64,000 bases of DNA, taken from positions 276,966-340,965 of the forward strand of contig JAWQFM010000029.1 in the NCBI GenBank assembly GCA_033442325.1. Reading direction: 5' to 3'. This document shows, one piece after another, positions 19,805 through 33,850 of the stretch. The notes below the pieces were generated by a model. The model made no database searches, was not told the origin of the DNA, and saw only the letters and a list, made by a program, of their open reading frames with translations. The stretch's first letter is position 1; every line of letters starts with the position of its first letter. The translations under genes were made by a program, and so were the position numbers. The stretch comes from Salpingoeca rosetta (taxonomy: Eukaryota > Protista > Choanoflagellata).

Positions 19805-20551
19805 TCACGAGGAGGAGGAGGAGGAGGGCGTGTTGGTGTCGTCGGTTCCGTCGTTCCCAGCAGCGGCACTCGCCTCCGCCTTTTGCTTGTTGAGCTTCTC
19901 ATACCTGTCACGGGGAGGAGCGAATTGGGGCGAAGTGAGGGTTGGTGGTTTGTGGTGGTGGTGGTTGTGTGTGTGTGTGAGGGGCGCGTTTCAAAGGAAG
20001 GCGGTGGGATGGCTACAGTTAATGTTGAAGGTACCAACTACACACAGACACACAGACACACAGACACACAGACACACAGACACACAGATACAAGCACACA
20101 AACACAACATACCGGTCGCGGCGGAGGCGGCGCGGGAACGTCTTTGCATCTGGCGGCAGAAGCGACAGCTCGAGACGAAGCTTGCCTTGGGCACCCTGAA
20201 GAGCACAAAGTGCATGCACGGGAGTAAGCAAGTACAGGACAGCATGAGTGGTTGCATGCAAGCATGGATCTCAAATAGAGCAAAACATCTGGCTGCACGC
20301 GGCAGGTTGTTAAGTTCACTTTTGTGTTGCAATTGTTGCACGCGTGCTTGTTGCATTTGTTGCGCGCGTGTTCTGTTGTGCTGCACCTTTGTCATGCCCA
20401 TGTTGGTCAAGTCTTCATCCGTGAGCGCCTTGACTTGGTCGCTGCCGAGAAAACAAAACAAACAAACAAAGGCCGCGTGAGTATGTAAATCGTGATCAGC
20501 CAGTGCATCAACAAACGACACAAGTACACTACACACACAACCCCCCCCCAC

Positions 20552-20633
<82 letters not shown>

Positions 20634-21114
20634 CGTTCACAAGCCAAGCCCCCCCAACACATTTAACCCACAGCAGCACTCACAGGGTCATGCCGTAGAA
20701 CTTTGGCGTGTACTTGTGGAGGCGAATGAGTTTCATAAAGTACCACAGGTCATGCTCGGATTCGGGCACGTTCTGCTCTTCAATCAACTCCGACCACTTC
20801 TTCCCCTTGCGCCGGTGCTGCGGGCGCCCCTGCATGCTGCCGCCGTTGCCGCCCGCGTGCTGGTGCGAGGCTGGGCCGTGTGCTTGGAAGGACCGCCGCC
20901 CGGCCATCGATGCCTGCAGGCAACCGGCGTCCTGGAGAGCGCGCTCGTCCTCCTCGACCAACGCGTGGCCGGCGGTGCCCATGGCGCCTGGTGGTGTTGA
21001 GCACACAATGGCAGTGGGGAAACAGCAAAGACACATCAACAAGGGCGATGAGCGGAACGTGCAGTGATGGTGATGGTGATGACGACGACGATGATGACGA
21101 CGACGATGATGATA

Positions 21115-21146
<32 letters not shown>

Positions 21147-21767
21147 GGTGGTGGTGAATACACTGAGAGGACGTGACACACCAAAGGAAAGGCATATCAA
21201 ATGAAAGCTCCACACACACACACCCACACCCACACACACACACACACCCACACCCACAGATCCAAACATATCCCCACATCCACGACACAAACCACATCAG
21301 CAACACGCACCGTATGCCTGGGGCATGTAGCCGCCAGCGGGCATGGAGTGACGCTTGTTCATGGGAGGGATGGCACGTTGGCCTGCCATGGTGTCGAGCC
21401 GCTGGTGGGAGAAGTGGCGCGACATCACAGGCGCAGTCTGCATGGGCACTTGCACCTGCACTGCCTGCTGCTGCTGCTGCTGTTGCTGAAGCTGCGACGG
21501 CTGGTGTTGCTGTTGGGGGATGGCTTGCAGGGCCGAGAGCTGGGGCTGGTGGGACGCCTGGCTGTGAATGACGTTGATCACGTTTGGGTTGAATGGCACA
21601 AACTGCTGGGGAACACCGTTGATGGTGGTGAATTGCGCCGTGGACGCAGGCACCTGCGCGTGGGCGTGGGCGTGGGCGTGTGCGTGCACGGGCTGTGCTG
21701 GCATCGTGTACGCGTACGCCATCTGGCCGCTGGGCACCGTCATGTCCGCTGGCGCCACATTCACTTG

Positions 21768-21803
<36 letters not shown>

Positions 21804-21984
21804 AGGGGCGTGGAAGGCTGGTTCATGCGTCGAGCGCTGTAAGGCAACAAGGGGGCATGGTGTTGGTGAGACAATGTCGTGTCAAGAGCAGATTGCGTGA
21901 GGTTGAAAGGGGTTGGGGTTGGGGGGGGGGAGGGAGATGAAGGAACAGGGAACACATTGGTAACAGACGGACGGATAAACAGAC

Positions 21985-22045
<61 letters not shown>

Positions 22046-23938
22046 GACACACACAGACACACACACACGCAGACACAGACAAGTTCTCATACCAGGTGCG
22101 CGCGGGCGTTCATGTGGGCGTCGTGTGGAGCAGTGGCGGGGCGCGAGGGAGAGCGGTGATCAACCACGGGCGAGACAGCCTGCTGCTGTTGCTGGTGCTG
22201 GTTGTGGTGGTCCCGCACATTCAGCCTGATCCGGGACATGGTGGTGTCGAGCTGGATGCAGCGCGACTTGAGGGCGAGTGTCGCCACATCCACGCTACGC
22301 AGCACATGAGCAGTGGCAGGGTGGCAGTGGAAGTTGGTGCGGTGTGAGTTGTGAGCATTGTGGAACAGGAAGTACTGATGGATCAACCTTACGCACACAC
22401 ACATACACATACACATACACAGACACAGACACACAGACATACAGACAGACATGCACACAAACAGACACGCACAGGCACGTAGTGGGACAAAACGTACTCC
22501 TTCCACTGCTTGCTGGCAGCAGCGACGTCGCTGACGCGGAAAAAGCCGTCGGCGTCCATCGCAACGCCAAGCTCAATCGCCACCTGCAGTCGTGCAACGC
22601 CAAATGGCGGCAAACACGCATGAGAACAGATCAACCCAAGCAGACTTCACAGAAGCACTTGACCCTTGCTTGCATGCATTCATGAGTGAATCGAAACGCA
22701 TCTACACCCAATGCAAGTTCGATCCAACAACCATTCTTAACACCACCCAAACTATTCGCTCGCTCAAAACCACAACACACGACAACCAACGCCACAGCAG
22801 CATCACAGCACAGCACAGCCACAGCACAGCAAAATGCCTCACGTTCGGCTGGAGAAGGTGCTCGAGCACAGCCAGGCGATGGTCGTCGGTGCCTGGCGGT
22901 GTTGTGCCAGTGCTGGGAACGGCCGTGTCGCGTGCCGAGGAGAGGGCCGAGTAGCCACCAGAGAGCGCGTGGGGCGACAGGTCGTTCAGGCTTGGGCTGA
23001 TGCCGTGCAGGCCAGCGAGGCTCGTGGCGCGGTGGGGGGAGGTGGGCGGTGGCACGTCCATGCCTGCGCTGCGGGTGCGGCGAAGCGGGGGAAGGCCTGC
23101 GTTGGCGTTGGCGTTGGCGTTGTTGGTCGCGTTAACCTGTCCCTGCTGGTTGTACGTGTAGTAGGTTGACGTGGCGCGCTGCTCTTGCAGTTGTTGCAGC
23201 TGCTGCTGTTGCTTGTGCTGCTGCTGGCGCTGCTGCTGCTTGAGGCGATAGTGCTCATGCGGCGACAGGCGGCGGTGCAGCTGTGGCGGCTGCTGTTGCT
23301 GCTGCTGTTGCTGGTGTGGTGCATGCACGGCGCGTTCGCGCTGGTACGAGTCCAGCAGCGCAATGTCGGCTGTGCGCGAGTGCTGTGCGCGGTCCAGCGT
23401 CGCAATGCCGTCATGCGACAGCGGCGCAGACGTTTGCGGCCGGCCTGTCGTCAGAGACACGTGTAAGGTGAGGAGAAACACGGCGCAGGCGTATGTGTAA
23501 GGAAAAAAAAATACGTGTGTGTGTGTGTGTGTGTTTGTCCAAAACAAGCAACGACAGCCAGCATGTATGTAATGCACAACAACAAAGCAAATAAAGCAGA
23601 CAAAGCGAGAGAGAGAACTTGGTAAAGAGCTGCCCGGAATGCCAACCCTAACGTCGTATCCGTGTAAGCCCTGGAGACTTCTAATCGGCCAGTTATACCC
23701 GGAACAGCCGATCATACCTTTTCGGGCGTGTCCACGATTGCTCTTATACGTACCTATAGGTGTAGAGGTCACACATCTTTGTTTAGTTTGCGAAGGAAAT
23801 CCACGAAAATTGGGCGCCCATGGTGACGACGCGGGCTGCTCACAGGGTTATGGCCCCGTCACGGAATTGAGAATATCGGCGGTCTCGCTCGTTCGTCCGA
23901 GAAGTACAGACCGCGCGAGCCCCAGTTTACTGCTCATG

Positions 23939-23992
<54 letters not shown>

Positions 23993-24231
23993 GAGAGAGA
24001 CAAAGCGAGAGAGACAGAGAGCAACGCACCGATTCCGAATTCAAGCTTGGGAAGCGGATCAAGGGTGAGCTGGTTCAACTGCGACGCAATGTCTGGCACA
24101 CACGAAGGTGTCGCGAAGGTCAAGAGTGATGGAGGGAAGGGAGGAAGGGGGATGATGGTGAGGTGGTGGAGGGTAGGTGAAGCCGAAAGGAAGAGGAAGC
24201 CGGTTGTGTCTAAAACAGCGACACTTGTTTC

Positions 24232-24307
<76 letters not shown>

Positions 24308-25199
24308 CATCCTTTGGCAAGGGATGACCCTCGAATGCCATGCGAGCAGGGTCGTTGGCCTGGCTGGCGGTGAGCGGTGTGTCGTTGGTGGAGCCGGGTG
24401 CCCAGACAGAGTGGGAGGACGTGACAAAGGGCGTTGGTGCGAGCGCATCGACATGGCTCGCCCACCCGGTGTCTTTGCCTTCAGGCACACAGCACCAGCG
24501 CGAAGGTGCACGGTGAGCACAAGGAAGCACACAAGGGGAAGGCGAAAGCAGTCGTTCGGCACAGAGCATGTGTACGTGTGCATGTGCGTGTGTATCGTTG
24601 AAGACACGAACGGATGAACGTACGTGGCGAGTGCGGCTCCGTCGAAGGCTGCCCGTTGCTTGTGGCGCTGGAGGGGTGGGAGCTGTTGCAATTTGGTGGA
24701 GCAGGGTGTGTGTGAGGGGGGGGGGCAAGCAAAGAGGTGTAGAAGGTGATGAGAGCACAATCGAGCGAGCAGTGTCAGAGTAACCAGAAACACACACACA
24801 CACAGTGCTACACACACACACACAGTGCTACACACACACACACACACACACACAGTGCTACACACCCCCCCACACACACACACACAGTGCTACACACCCC
24901 CACAGACTTACAGCTGCTTTGGGGTGTTTGGATAGTCGCTGTCGTCGACGAGGTCCGCCACAAAGCGCTGGAAGTTCTCATCGTCGAATTCGCCCCGTGA
25001 TTGGCCGGAGGACGCTGCCTCTGCATGGTACGACGAATATGCCGTTGCCGTTGGTGTCAGCTGGTGGAAAAAGGGGTGGCTGTCTGTGTCCGTGGCCAGG
25101 TCGAGGTACGCGGACGTGTGCGAGGACGAGTCGGGGAAGCTGCGGCGTGGCTGGCGCAGCGGGTGTTGCTGTTGGTAGGCTGAACGCGTGTAGTGGTAG

Positions 25200-25232
<33 letters not shown>

Positions 25233-25459
25233 GTTGGCACGTAGCTGGCGTTGTTGGTGTTGACGCGCGCGTGGCTGTCGACGGCGGCGGTGTTGATGCT
25301 GCTGCTGCTTGTGTTTGAGCTGGTGCTCGCAGTACTGGCGAAGAAGGCGCGGGTGGAGGAAGCCTGGTGGGGATCAGCAAAGGCCGACGAGGCGACGGTT
25401 GTCGCGCCGTCGTTGCTGGCGGTGGTGGTGTGCGAATACCCGTCCATCGCTTGGAGCAT
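19805..25459 (-). CDS. Smaug/Vts1 (SAMD4-like) RNA-binding SAM-domain protein with Q/H-rich low-complexity regions and a La/Tpt1-like winged-helix segment; 5' end uncertain
   Basis: Phase-consistent exons 25459-24912, 24682-24624, 24478-24308, 24092-24030, 23444-22843, 22583-22498, 22294-22093, 21836-21311, 20987-20684, 20441-20387, 20195-20113, 19904-19805. Spliced C-terminus YFMKLIRLHKYTPKFYGMTLDQVKALTDEDLTNMGMTKGAQGKLRLEL matches the Smaug/Vts1 signature LRLHKY...LT...L...TKGAxxK. Confidence 0.82.
24790..24900. repeat. Intronic compound repeat (CA)n-GTGCTA units
   Basis: Four CAGTGCTA cores separated by variable CA runs. Confidence 0.8.
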
Positions 25460-27164
25460 GCTGTTCACAACGTGTGGCGGCGGGTGCAGTCGTTGGTGGT
25501 GTTGTCGTAGTAGTAGTAGTTGTTGTTGTTGTTGTTGTTGTTGTTGGTGTTGGCTGTGGTATCCTAGGTGTTGTCAAACTGTCGGCGCAGCTCGGGTGTT
25601 GTTGTTGTTGTTGTTGTGGTGCAGCACCGCTGCCTCCAGAGGAAGACGTGAGGTGTCGAAGAGGAGCCGTGATGGTGGACGCCGTTCCTTCTCTGTTGGC
25701 GCGTTTGGCGGCGCCGGTGGTGGTGTTGTTGTTGTTGTTGTTGGTGGTGGTGAGTTTGGAAGGAAGGCACGATGAGAGCAGCAATGAAGCGGGGAACCCC
25801 TCCCTTGTGTGCTCTTGCGTGTGAGTGGTGGAAATGAATGTGCAGGTTTTGGTTGGTTTGCTTGGTTGGAGACTGTGGTGATGACTGGTTGGTCGCCGAC
25901 CACGCAAAAGCAAAGCAAAGCAAAGCCAAGCGAAGCAAAGCAGAGGATGCTCACGCAAACAAACTCCCACCTTCGAACAACACATACAAACAATACAATA
26001 CACACACCAAAACACAACTCACGCGAACGCGGCGTCAGCAAAACACGGCTTGCCGCCCTCTTCACGCCCGCAAAGGAATCTATCTGGACGAAGATGGGAG
26101 GGGGCAGGCTTGTGTTTGAGAGTTGTGTGTGTGTGTGTGTGTGTGTTGTGGGTTGGTTGGGAACGTAGGCAGGAATGCAGACGTGGATCCAGGTTGTGCC
26201 GTGTGTGTGTGGCGTGTGTGGCGTGTGTGTGGCAGCACCGGATATCTGGTCTGGCTTGGCTCGGTTCGGTCTGGTTTGTTGGTTGGCGCAGTCAGGTCAG
26301 GCAGTCGTGTGTGTGTGTGTGTGTAGTGCGGCAAAACCAAGCAACCCCACAAGAGCGAAGAAGAGGAATGAAAAGAGGAACGAAAGGAGAAGAAGAAGGA
26401 GGAGGAAGCAGCACGGCAAACAAAACTTTCCCCCCAACAACAACCAAGCATAACCACAGGTCGTGATGGGAAGGCATGCACGACGTCCGAAAAAAGCACA
26501 CAAAACAAAAAAGTGCAGGCGCAAGACACAAAGGACGCAGACAACGGGACATGAACGGCACACCGAAGGTTGCTGACTTGCGTCAAGGTGTGTCACTTCG
26601 CAACTGTAACGCACAACAACGAACAACAACGCCCAACAACGATGCTGCGTTGAAACACAGCATCGGGACATGCCATGTCCAAGTTGTGCGTCCCTGTCCG
26701 TCCAACCGTTTCGCGGCTGATTCGATGCAACGTCACTTGTCAGCACACGTGTGTTGTAAATGAGGCATCGCCACGTGGCGTTGTCAGGGTGGCAGGGTTT
26801 TACATTGACAGGAAGGGGGTGGCGTAGTGGTTGTGTTGTGTGTTGTGTGTTGCTTGCGTGCGTGCGTGCGTGCATGCATGCAAGCAGAAACTTTTCAAGT
26901 TGAACTTGAAAAAAAAAAACGAACCAACTGCTAACGACAGCATATAGCGTAGTAGCCACAACAAGAACCAAAACGGCACAGCAAGAAGCAGGGCGACACA
27001 ACACCACTATCGCATCGCGCTTGCTTGCTTGCTTTTGCTTGTCACACTCATCGCTCTCCCTGTCTCTCTCCCCCCTGTCACTCTTCTGTCTCTTCTCGGC
27101 GCACACGCATTGCGCGAAACAGGATCCCTCCTCGTTTGTTGTCTCTGCTTTATCAGGGGCGTAG

Positions 27165-27687
27165 ATGGAGGGCGCAGAGAAACGCCTCCAGGTTGGTGTT
27201 GTTGTGTCATGTCAGGATCGTAGAGCGTGCTTGTCACGTTTGCGTGCGCGTGTCACGTTTGCGTGCGTGTGTGCGTGTGCTGTTCTTGTGCTCAATCTGT
27301 TTGTGTCGTGTCTCAACACCACCGTTCAATCACCAGGAGGCAAGTCGGCAGAGCGCCGAGTTACTGGACGAGTTGTTGGCAAGCGGGCGCGCCAACGGCG
27401 CCGTCGTCCGCGACCTTATTCTCACCACCTCCAGCTGTTTCGGCGGCCTTTCAACATCCATCACCGAAGAAGGTGCGTTGTGTGCGTTGTGTGAGGCGTG
27501 TGCGTTGTGTGCATTGTGTGAGGCGTTGTGCACGTGTGTGTGCATTGTGTGAGGCGTTGTGCACGTGTGTGTGCGTTGTGTGCTGTGTGTGTTTGTGTGT
27601 GTGTGTGTATGCATGCTCTCGCTACGCGCCACTCACCACAACACAACCCAACACACATGCACACACACACACACACTCACACACACA

Positions 27688-27733
<46 letters not shown>

Positions 27734-28720
27734 TAATTACGTGGTGCAGCTGCGCACTTCTCTGGTGAGCGGGGCGTCGCGTCAGCCAAACCCATCACCG
27801 ACGTCTTTCGCGAAGTGTGCCGCTCCCAAGCAGACTACGTGGAGGATTTGAAGGCAAGTCTTGCAGCGGTGCGCCGTGTCTGTTGCGACTGCTACTGTCA
27901 CTGCTGCTTTCATCACTGTTGCGACTACTGCTTCTGCTTTATTTACTCTTGCTGTGGCTGTTGCTCGGAGGCGCTCATGTGCTGCTGGAGATTAATTGCG
28001 CGTGCTGTGTGTGTGTGTGTGTATGTGTGTGTGTGTGTGTGTTATCGACATCATCAACACAGGATCAGCTCGATCGGTTGCATGAGCTGTACGAGTCCCA
28101 GCACCACCAATACCTCGCCAACCAGGTGTGTGTGTGTGTGACCTTGAGCATGTGTGTATTGCATGCGGATGCAATAGTTTTCACCTTCTCGCTCACTGAC
28201 ACTGCTGCCTCCTGTGTCAATGGCACACACACACACACACACACACACATGATGCGCCGTCGCCTGTCCTGGTGCCATCGTTCAATCGACAACACCGTCA
28301 GAAAACGATCAAGGCAACGGCGGCGTATGGGGATCTCTCCTCCCTATCGGCCAAAGTGGAGCGCGCGTGCCAAAAGGCGCAATACACCCAGCTCATCTTT
28401 GAACAGAGGTGCGTGTGCGTGTGTGTGTGTGTGTACAAGTGTGTGTGTACAAGTGTGTGTGTACAAGTGTGTGTGTGTGTACAAGTGTGTGTGTGTGTGC
28501 AAGTGTGTGTGTGTGCAAGTGTGTGTGTGTGTGTATACAAGCGCGCGCGCGTGTGTGTGTTCCTACGCTTGAGTGCGTGCATTCGTACATATGCCGGATG
28601 GCAACACTCGTCCTCCATCATTATCCTGCGCTCACCACCACCCATTCCCCCAATGGTTGCCGCTGCAGGTTGGAGGAAGTTGCACATCGCATCAAAGACC
28701 ACGATAGCAGTAGCAATCTC

Positions 28721-28772
<52 letters not shown>

Positions 28773-28870
28773 CGTGTGTGTGTGTGTGTATGTGTACAGG
28801 GGTGACAGCATGCGTGGTCGCTGTGTTTTCACCAACTCACCTCACCGTGTTGTGCTGCTGCTGTTGTTGT

Positions 28871-28905
<35 letters not shown>

Positions 28906-30061
28906 TTGCTGCTGCAGAGAACGACACCACGCTCTCAAAGGTATCGTTGCAGTGGGAGAAGTGAACGTATGCATACCCGTACATGCGCACTCTCTCGTCC
29001 TCACCCTTCCGCACGCACCACCCCATTATCTCTCACGGCATCCACCCTACCACGTCACATCACATCACATCACATCACATCAACACACATCATCACATCA
29101 ACACATCACAACACATCATCACATCATCACATCATCACACCACATCATCACGTCACATCAACACGTCAACACATCACGACGAACAGCTGCGGGCAAAAGC
29201 ACAGCAGGCCGCCAGCGAATATGAAGCGGCCGTCGCCTCTGTCGTGCAAACGCGCACGGCACTTGATGATGCCGTGGCGGAGGCAAGTGGTGTTGCGTTG
29301 GCGAGCGAGGAGTACCACATCAACGCCACACGCGCCGCCGTCCGCATCTACCTGCAGAGCATCAAGCAGGTGTTGTTGTTGTAGTCTTGCTGCTGCCGTC
29401 GTTGTGCTTGGGAAAGCAAAAGGGGGTGTTTCGAAGGGATGTGTTGTGTTGTGCGCATGACATGTGCCAAGCTTGTTGCGCGCCCATGTTGTTTGTCAGA
29501 CTTGCTCCTGGAACCACGGAAGCTGTGCTCATCACTTCACGGGCACGTGTGCGTATGGTGCGTTGTGCAGTTCCACGCGAGCATGGTGGGCAAGGTGGAG
29601 CTGGCGCTGTTGGATCTTCAGGGCGCCGAGACGCCGGACTGCTGGGCCGCACTCGAGGTGGGGATGGGGTGGGATGGGGTGGGATGTTGTGGGCTGAGGT
29701 GAATGGGTGCCATGGGTGATGGAAGTGATGGAGGGGATGTTGGGTGAGCGGTGCGCCCTCCATGGTGAAGCAGGCGTGTCGTAGTGTGCGTTGAGTGATG
29801 CATACCTACAATCACGCCACCATCATCACCACCACCACCACAACCGCCATCACCAATTACCAATCACCACTCATCACAAATTGCCACCTGCAGGGACTGA
29901 TCGCCAATCGCACTGACGAGGAGACAGCGGAGCAGGCGGCAGAGTTGGTCGAGGCGTTCAACCAGCGGCCAGGTGCACACATGATCTTGATGGAGGGAAA
30001 AGGGGAGGGGTGTACGTGTGTGTGCTGAGAGGGGGGGGGGGTTCCTGTGATAAGTGTTCAT

Positions 30062-30107
<46 letters not shown>

Positions 30108-30753
30108 AGACGCACATCCTTACCCTCATTCCCCATCCCCTTTCTTCAGTGCTGGACGAGGTGCTGCGTGATCCCGGCTGCGTTTCCACATGGACAACTT
30201 CGCATTCGCCACACGCACACGCACACGCACACGCACATGTTGGGGAGCGGCGGTCATCAGGATCGCTCCGACAGCGGCGACTGAAGAGGTGAGGAGACAC
30301 GTGGTGGTAGAGGTGTTGTGAACGCGGTAGTGGTGGTAGTGGTGGTAATGGTGTTGGTGTTGGTGTTGGTGTTGTGTCGTGCTGCACTCTGTGTAAGCTG
30401 CGCGTTGGCTTAATCATTGCATCTCATCACTTTCTACTTTGCGCTGTGCAGTCCGCTGACGAAACCGATTGCGTGGATCCGATCAAAGCTCCACCGTAAG
30501 CGCCCATGACGATGGTTTCTTGCAAACATGCACACACGCACACTTACACACTTACACACACACACACACAGACGCACGCTTGCTGGCATGCTCGTGATAT
30601 TGCTTGTCCGTCGTTGCTGACTGCATTGCACATGCACGTCTGATAGGATCTGAGAAGAGTGGATCGCCAGGATCATCGTCAAGGTGAACACCATGCACAC
30701 ATACACACAGCAACATACACACAAGCACACATACACACAGCAACATACACACA

Positions 30754-30811
<58 letters not shown>

Positions 30812-33781
30812 CACACACACACGTGCACACACGTGCACACACACACACACACACTAACACAACTCGCTTCGCCCCGCCATGCCACTGCCAACGCAGGTCG
30901 CGGCGGACCACCATCGATGCACTGCCGTCAGATGACGACGACCACCACCACCACAATGACGATGGTGATGACGATGGGGAGTTTGATGAGGATGACAGCA
31001 GCGACCACCATGACCACCGCCACCACCATGACCACAACCGTCGCGATAATGACAACGCGTCCGCAGAAGACGCAGGCACACGTCGCACATACGACCACGC
31101 CGATCACGACAACAGCACCAACAACAGCCACAGCACCGACACCACCACTGACGGTGGTGTTCACACGCGAGAACACGACGGTGCTGATGTTGTGCTGCGG
31201 CGTGCGCGACACCACGAGCGACGTCAGGATCTTGGCGTGCGCCACCGCTACAGCCAGGAGGTGTCACTCGAGGACAGCCTGAACGGCGTGAACGGACTGA
31301 ACGGTCTGCTAAACAGCAGCGGCGGTGCAGCGAGCATCGTGGCCAACTCTGCACTGTGCTCGCCGTCATCGTCGCCACTGCCGCCCGCTGACGGCGAACG
31401 GGGGCGGAGTCGCTGTGTCAAGCGCACGCTCACGGCACTCGCGCTCTCTGATGACGACTTGCCGGACCACCACCACCACCACCGTGATGATGATGATCAC
31501 GATGATGATGATGATCACGATGATGATGATGATGATGATGATGATGAGGGCGAGTTTGATGAGGACGATGATGACGATCGAACGGCCCGCGCTGAGCGGC
31601 GGCAACGGCGGCAGCAGCAGCAGGAGGAAGAAGAGGGGCAGGAACAAGAGAGGATAATGCAGGACAGACACGCGCGCAGCTCACGCGATGGCGATGGTGA
31701 TGGGTTCTCCAGTGATGATGAGTTTGACTTGGACGACACGGCTGACAGCGCTCGAGGTGAGCATTTTCTGGCGAATGCATGCACTGGACATGCAGTTAGT
31801 CGTGTCATGCAGCCTGTTCGCTTCCTTCTGCTGAGTCGCGCGCTTACTAACCCATTCTCTGTGCACACATGTGCTGGCGTGTGTGCCTGCTTGTGTGCGT
31901 GTGCGTGCGTGTTCTCATGCTCAGTGCCCATGGTTCGTATCCGTTCGCGCCCCGTCCACCTCCGCTCCAACCCCAACGGCATCAGCAGTGGTGCTGACCA
32001 TGATGGTGGCCACCTCAACAGTCGCGATGGTGGTGGTGGTGGTGGCGGTGGTGGCGATATCTGGACATCAACAGGCGGCAGTCCCGCCCACCATATCGGT
32101 GATGAAGACAGGTCGAAGCAGCGCGGACACGATGTATCAGACGTAGCAGCAGTTGGAGAGACACACGCGAAGAAGAAGACACGCGCACCCCACCAGCGCA
32201 GCACTCACGACGACCACGATGATGATGGTGGCGATGATGATGATGATGATGATGATGATGAATGGCACTCTGCATTCGACACAACAGACCACGAGTGGGA
32301 GAGCCAGGTTGCCTCGCACGCGGCCAGCCCGCTGGATGTCAAGAACGTAAGCCAAAAGTGCACGTGGGTGTTTGTGTGTGATTTCGAGGTTGCCTTGGCT
32401 TTTTTTTCCTTGATGCTGCACCTGTTTCTCAAACGGCAGCGTCATCCCGCTGAATAACTTTGCACTATTCTTCTCACCTTCCTCTCAATCCACCTCTTCC
32501 ACTCCCCGCACTTCTCCATCAGACGTCCCGGGACCATGCTGCGTTTCAGCCGCTCATCGCCAGCAGCAACAACACGAGCGCAACAGCAGTCGCAGCAACA
32601 GCGGTAGGAGGTGGTGACCGTAGTGGCGATGGCGGTGGCGATTGGGCTGTGGACACGACAGCGGACACGCTGGTACTGAGCCCAACCATTGCGTCGCAGA
32701 TGAACGATTCGCGTGCGAGCAACACGAGCGCAGCCATTGTCATTGACGTCGACCAGGGCGTCATCAGCAACAATGCCGATAATGATGGTGATGGTGGCGG
32801 TAATGGAGGTGAGAATGGTGGCGGTGAGAGTGGTGATGATGGTGATGGAAAGTTGAGTGTTGTGGATGCACACACCAGGCGTGATGGCGGCGGTGATGAT
32901 GCGATGATTTTACCGCCACCGTCTCCATTCATGCGCCCAAGCAGCGCCACAGACCGTGACGATGGTGATGGTGGTGATGGTGTCATGGGTGATGGTGATG
33001 GTGATGATGGTGGCGCTGTTGTTGCAAAGCCGTCGGCGCAGCGGGCAGTTGAAATTGACCTCGATGCTGTCGTGAAGGAGCACAGTGGTGGTGATGGTGG
33101 TGATGATGCAGATGATGCAGATGATGCTGATCATGACAGGAATGGACGTGCGCATGGTGCTTGCAACCTTGATGGGGAATATGACGACGATGATGATGAT
33201 GGGGAATATGACGACGATGATGATGACAATGACGACGACGATCAGCAGAACACGTCCTGGCGAACGCTTCCAGATGACGCTGGTGATGATGATGGTGATG
33301 TGCAGGACAAAACGCAGCCATCGCCATCAGCGCCACAGTCATCGACAACAACAGCGGCGAAGAGGACGAGTGGTCGTGGTTCGCTGCTGCTGCGGAAGCG
33401 CGGGAGCGGTCGTGTCAGTGGCGATGGGCACGATGATGGTGCAGGCCTGCAACAAGAGCAGCACGGAGAACAGCAGCAGCAGCAGCAGCAGCGAGAGCAA
33501 CAGGGCGCGGTGGCATCAGGCGCAACACATCGTGGCAGCAGCGGGAACGCCAGCGGCAACAGCAGTCGTGGTGGAAGCCGCAGCATGTTGTTGAAGCGGC
33601 GCGGTGGTGGGTCGGGAGCAAGCGATAGTGATGGACCCGATGATGCTGATGGTGAACGTGGCGGCGCTGGTGGCGACCGGACTGGTCGTGGTGACGGGGA
33701 CAAGCGTGGTTCGTTGTCGCGGTTGAAGGGCCGAAGTGCTGATCTCTTCATGGCCAGATGTAGGTTTTGCAGAAGGCGTTC

Positions 33782-33850
<69 letters not shown>

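Noticed and set aside
22215-22880. Active Tpt1/KptA 2'-phosphotransferase
   Set aside because: It lacks the LRH and NQGHS catalytic motifs and the NAD-binding lobe; at most a fold-level resemblance.
24790-24900. Regularly spaced repeat resembling a CRISPR array
   Set aside because: The spacers are just CA runs, the context is a eukaryotic intron, and there are no cas genes.
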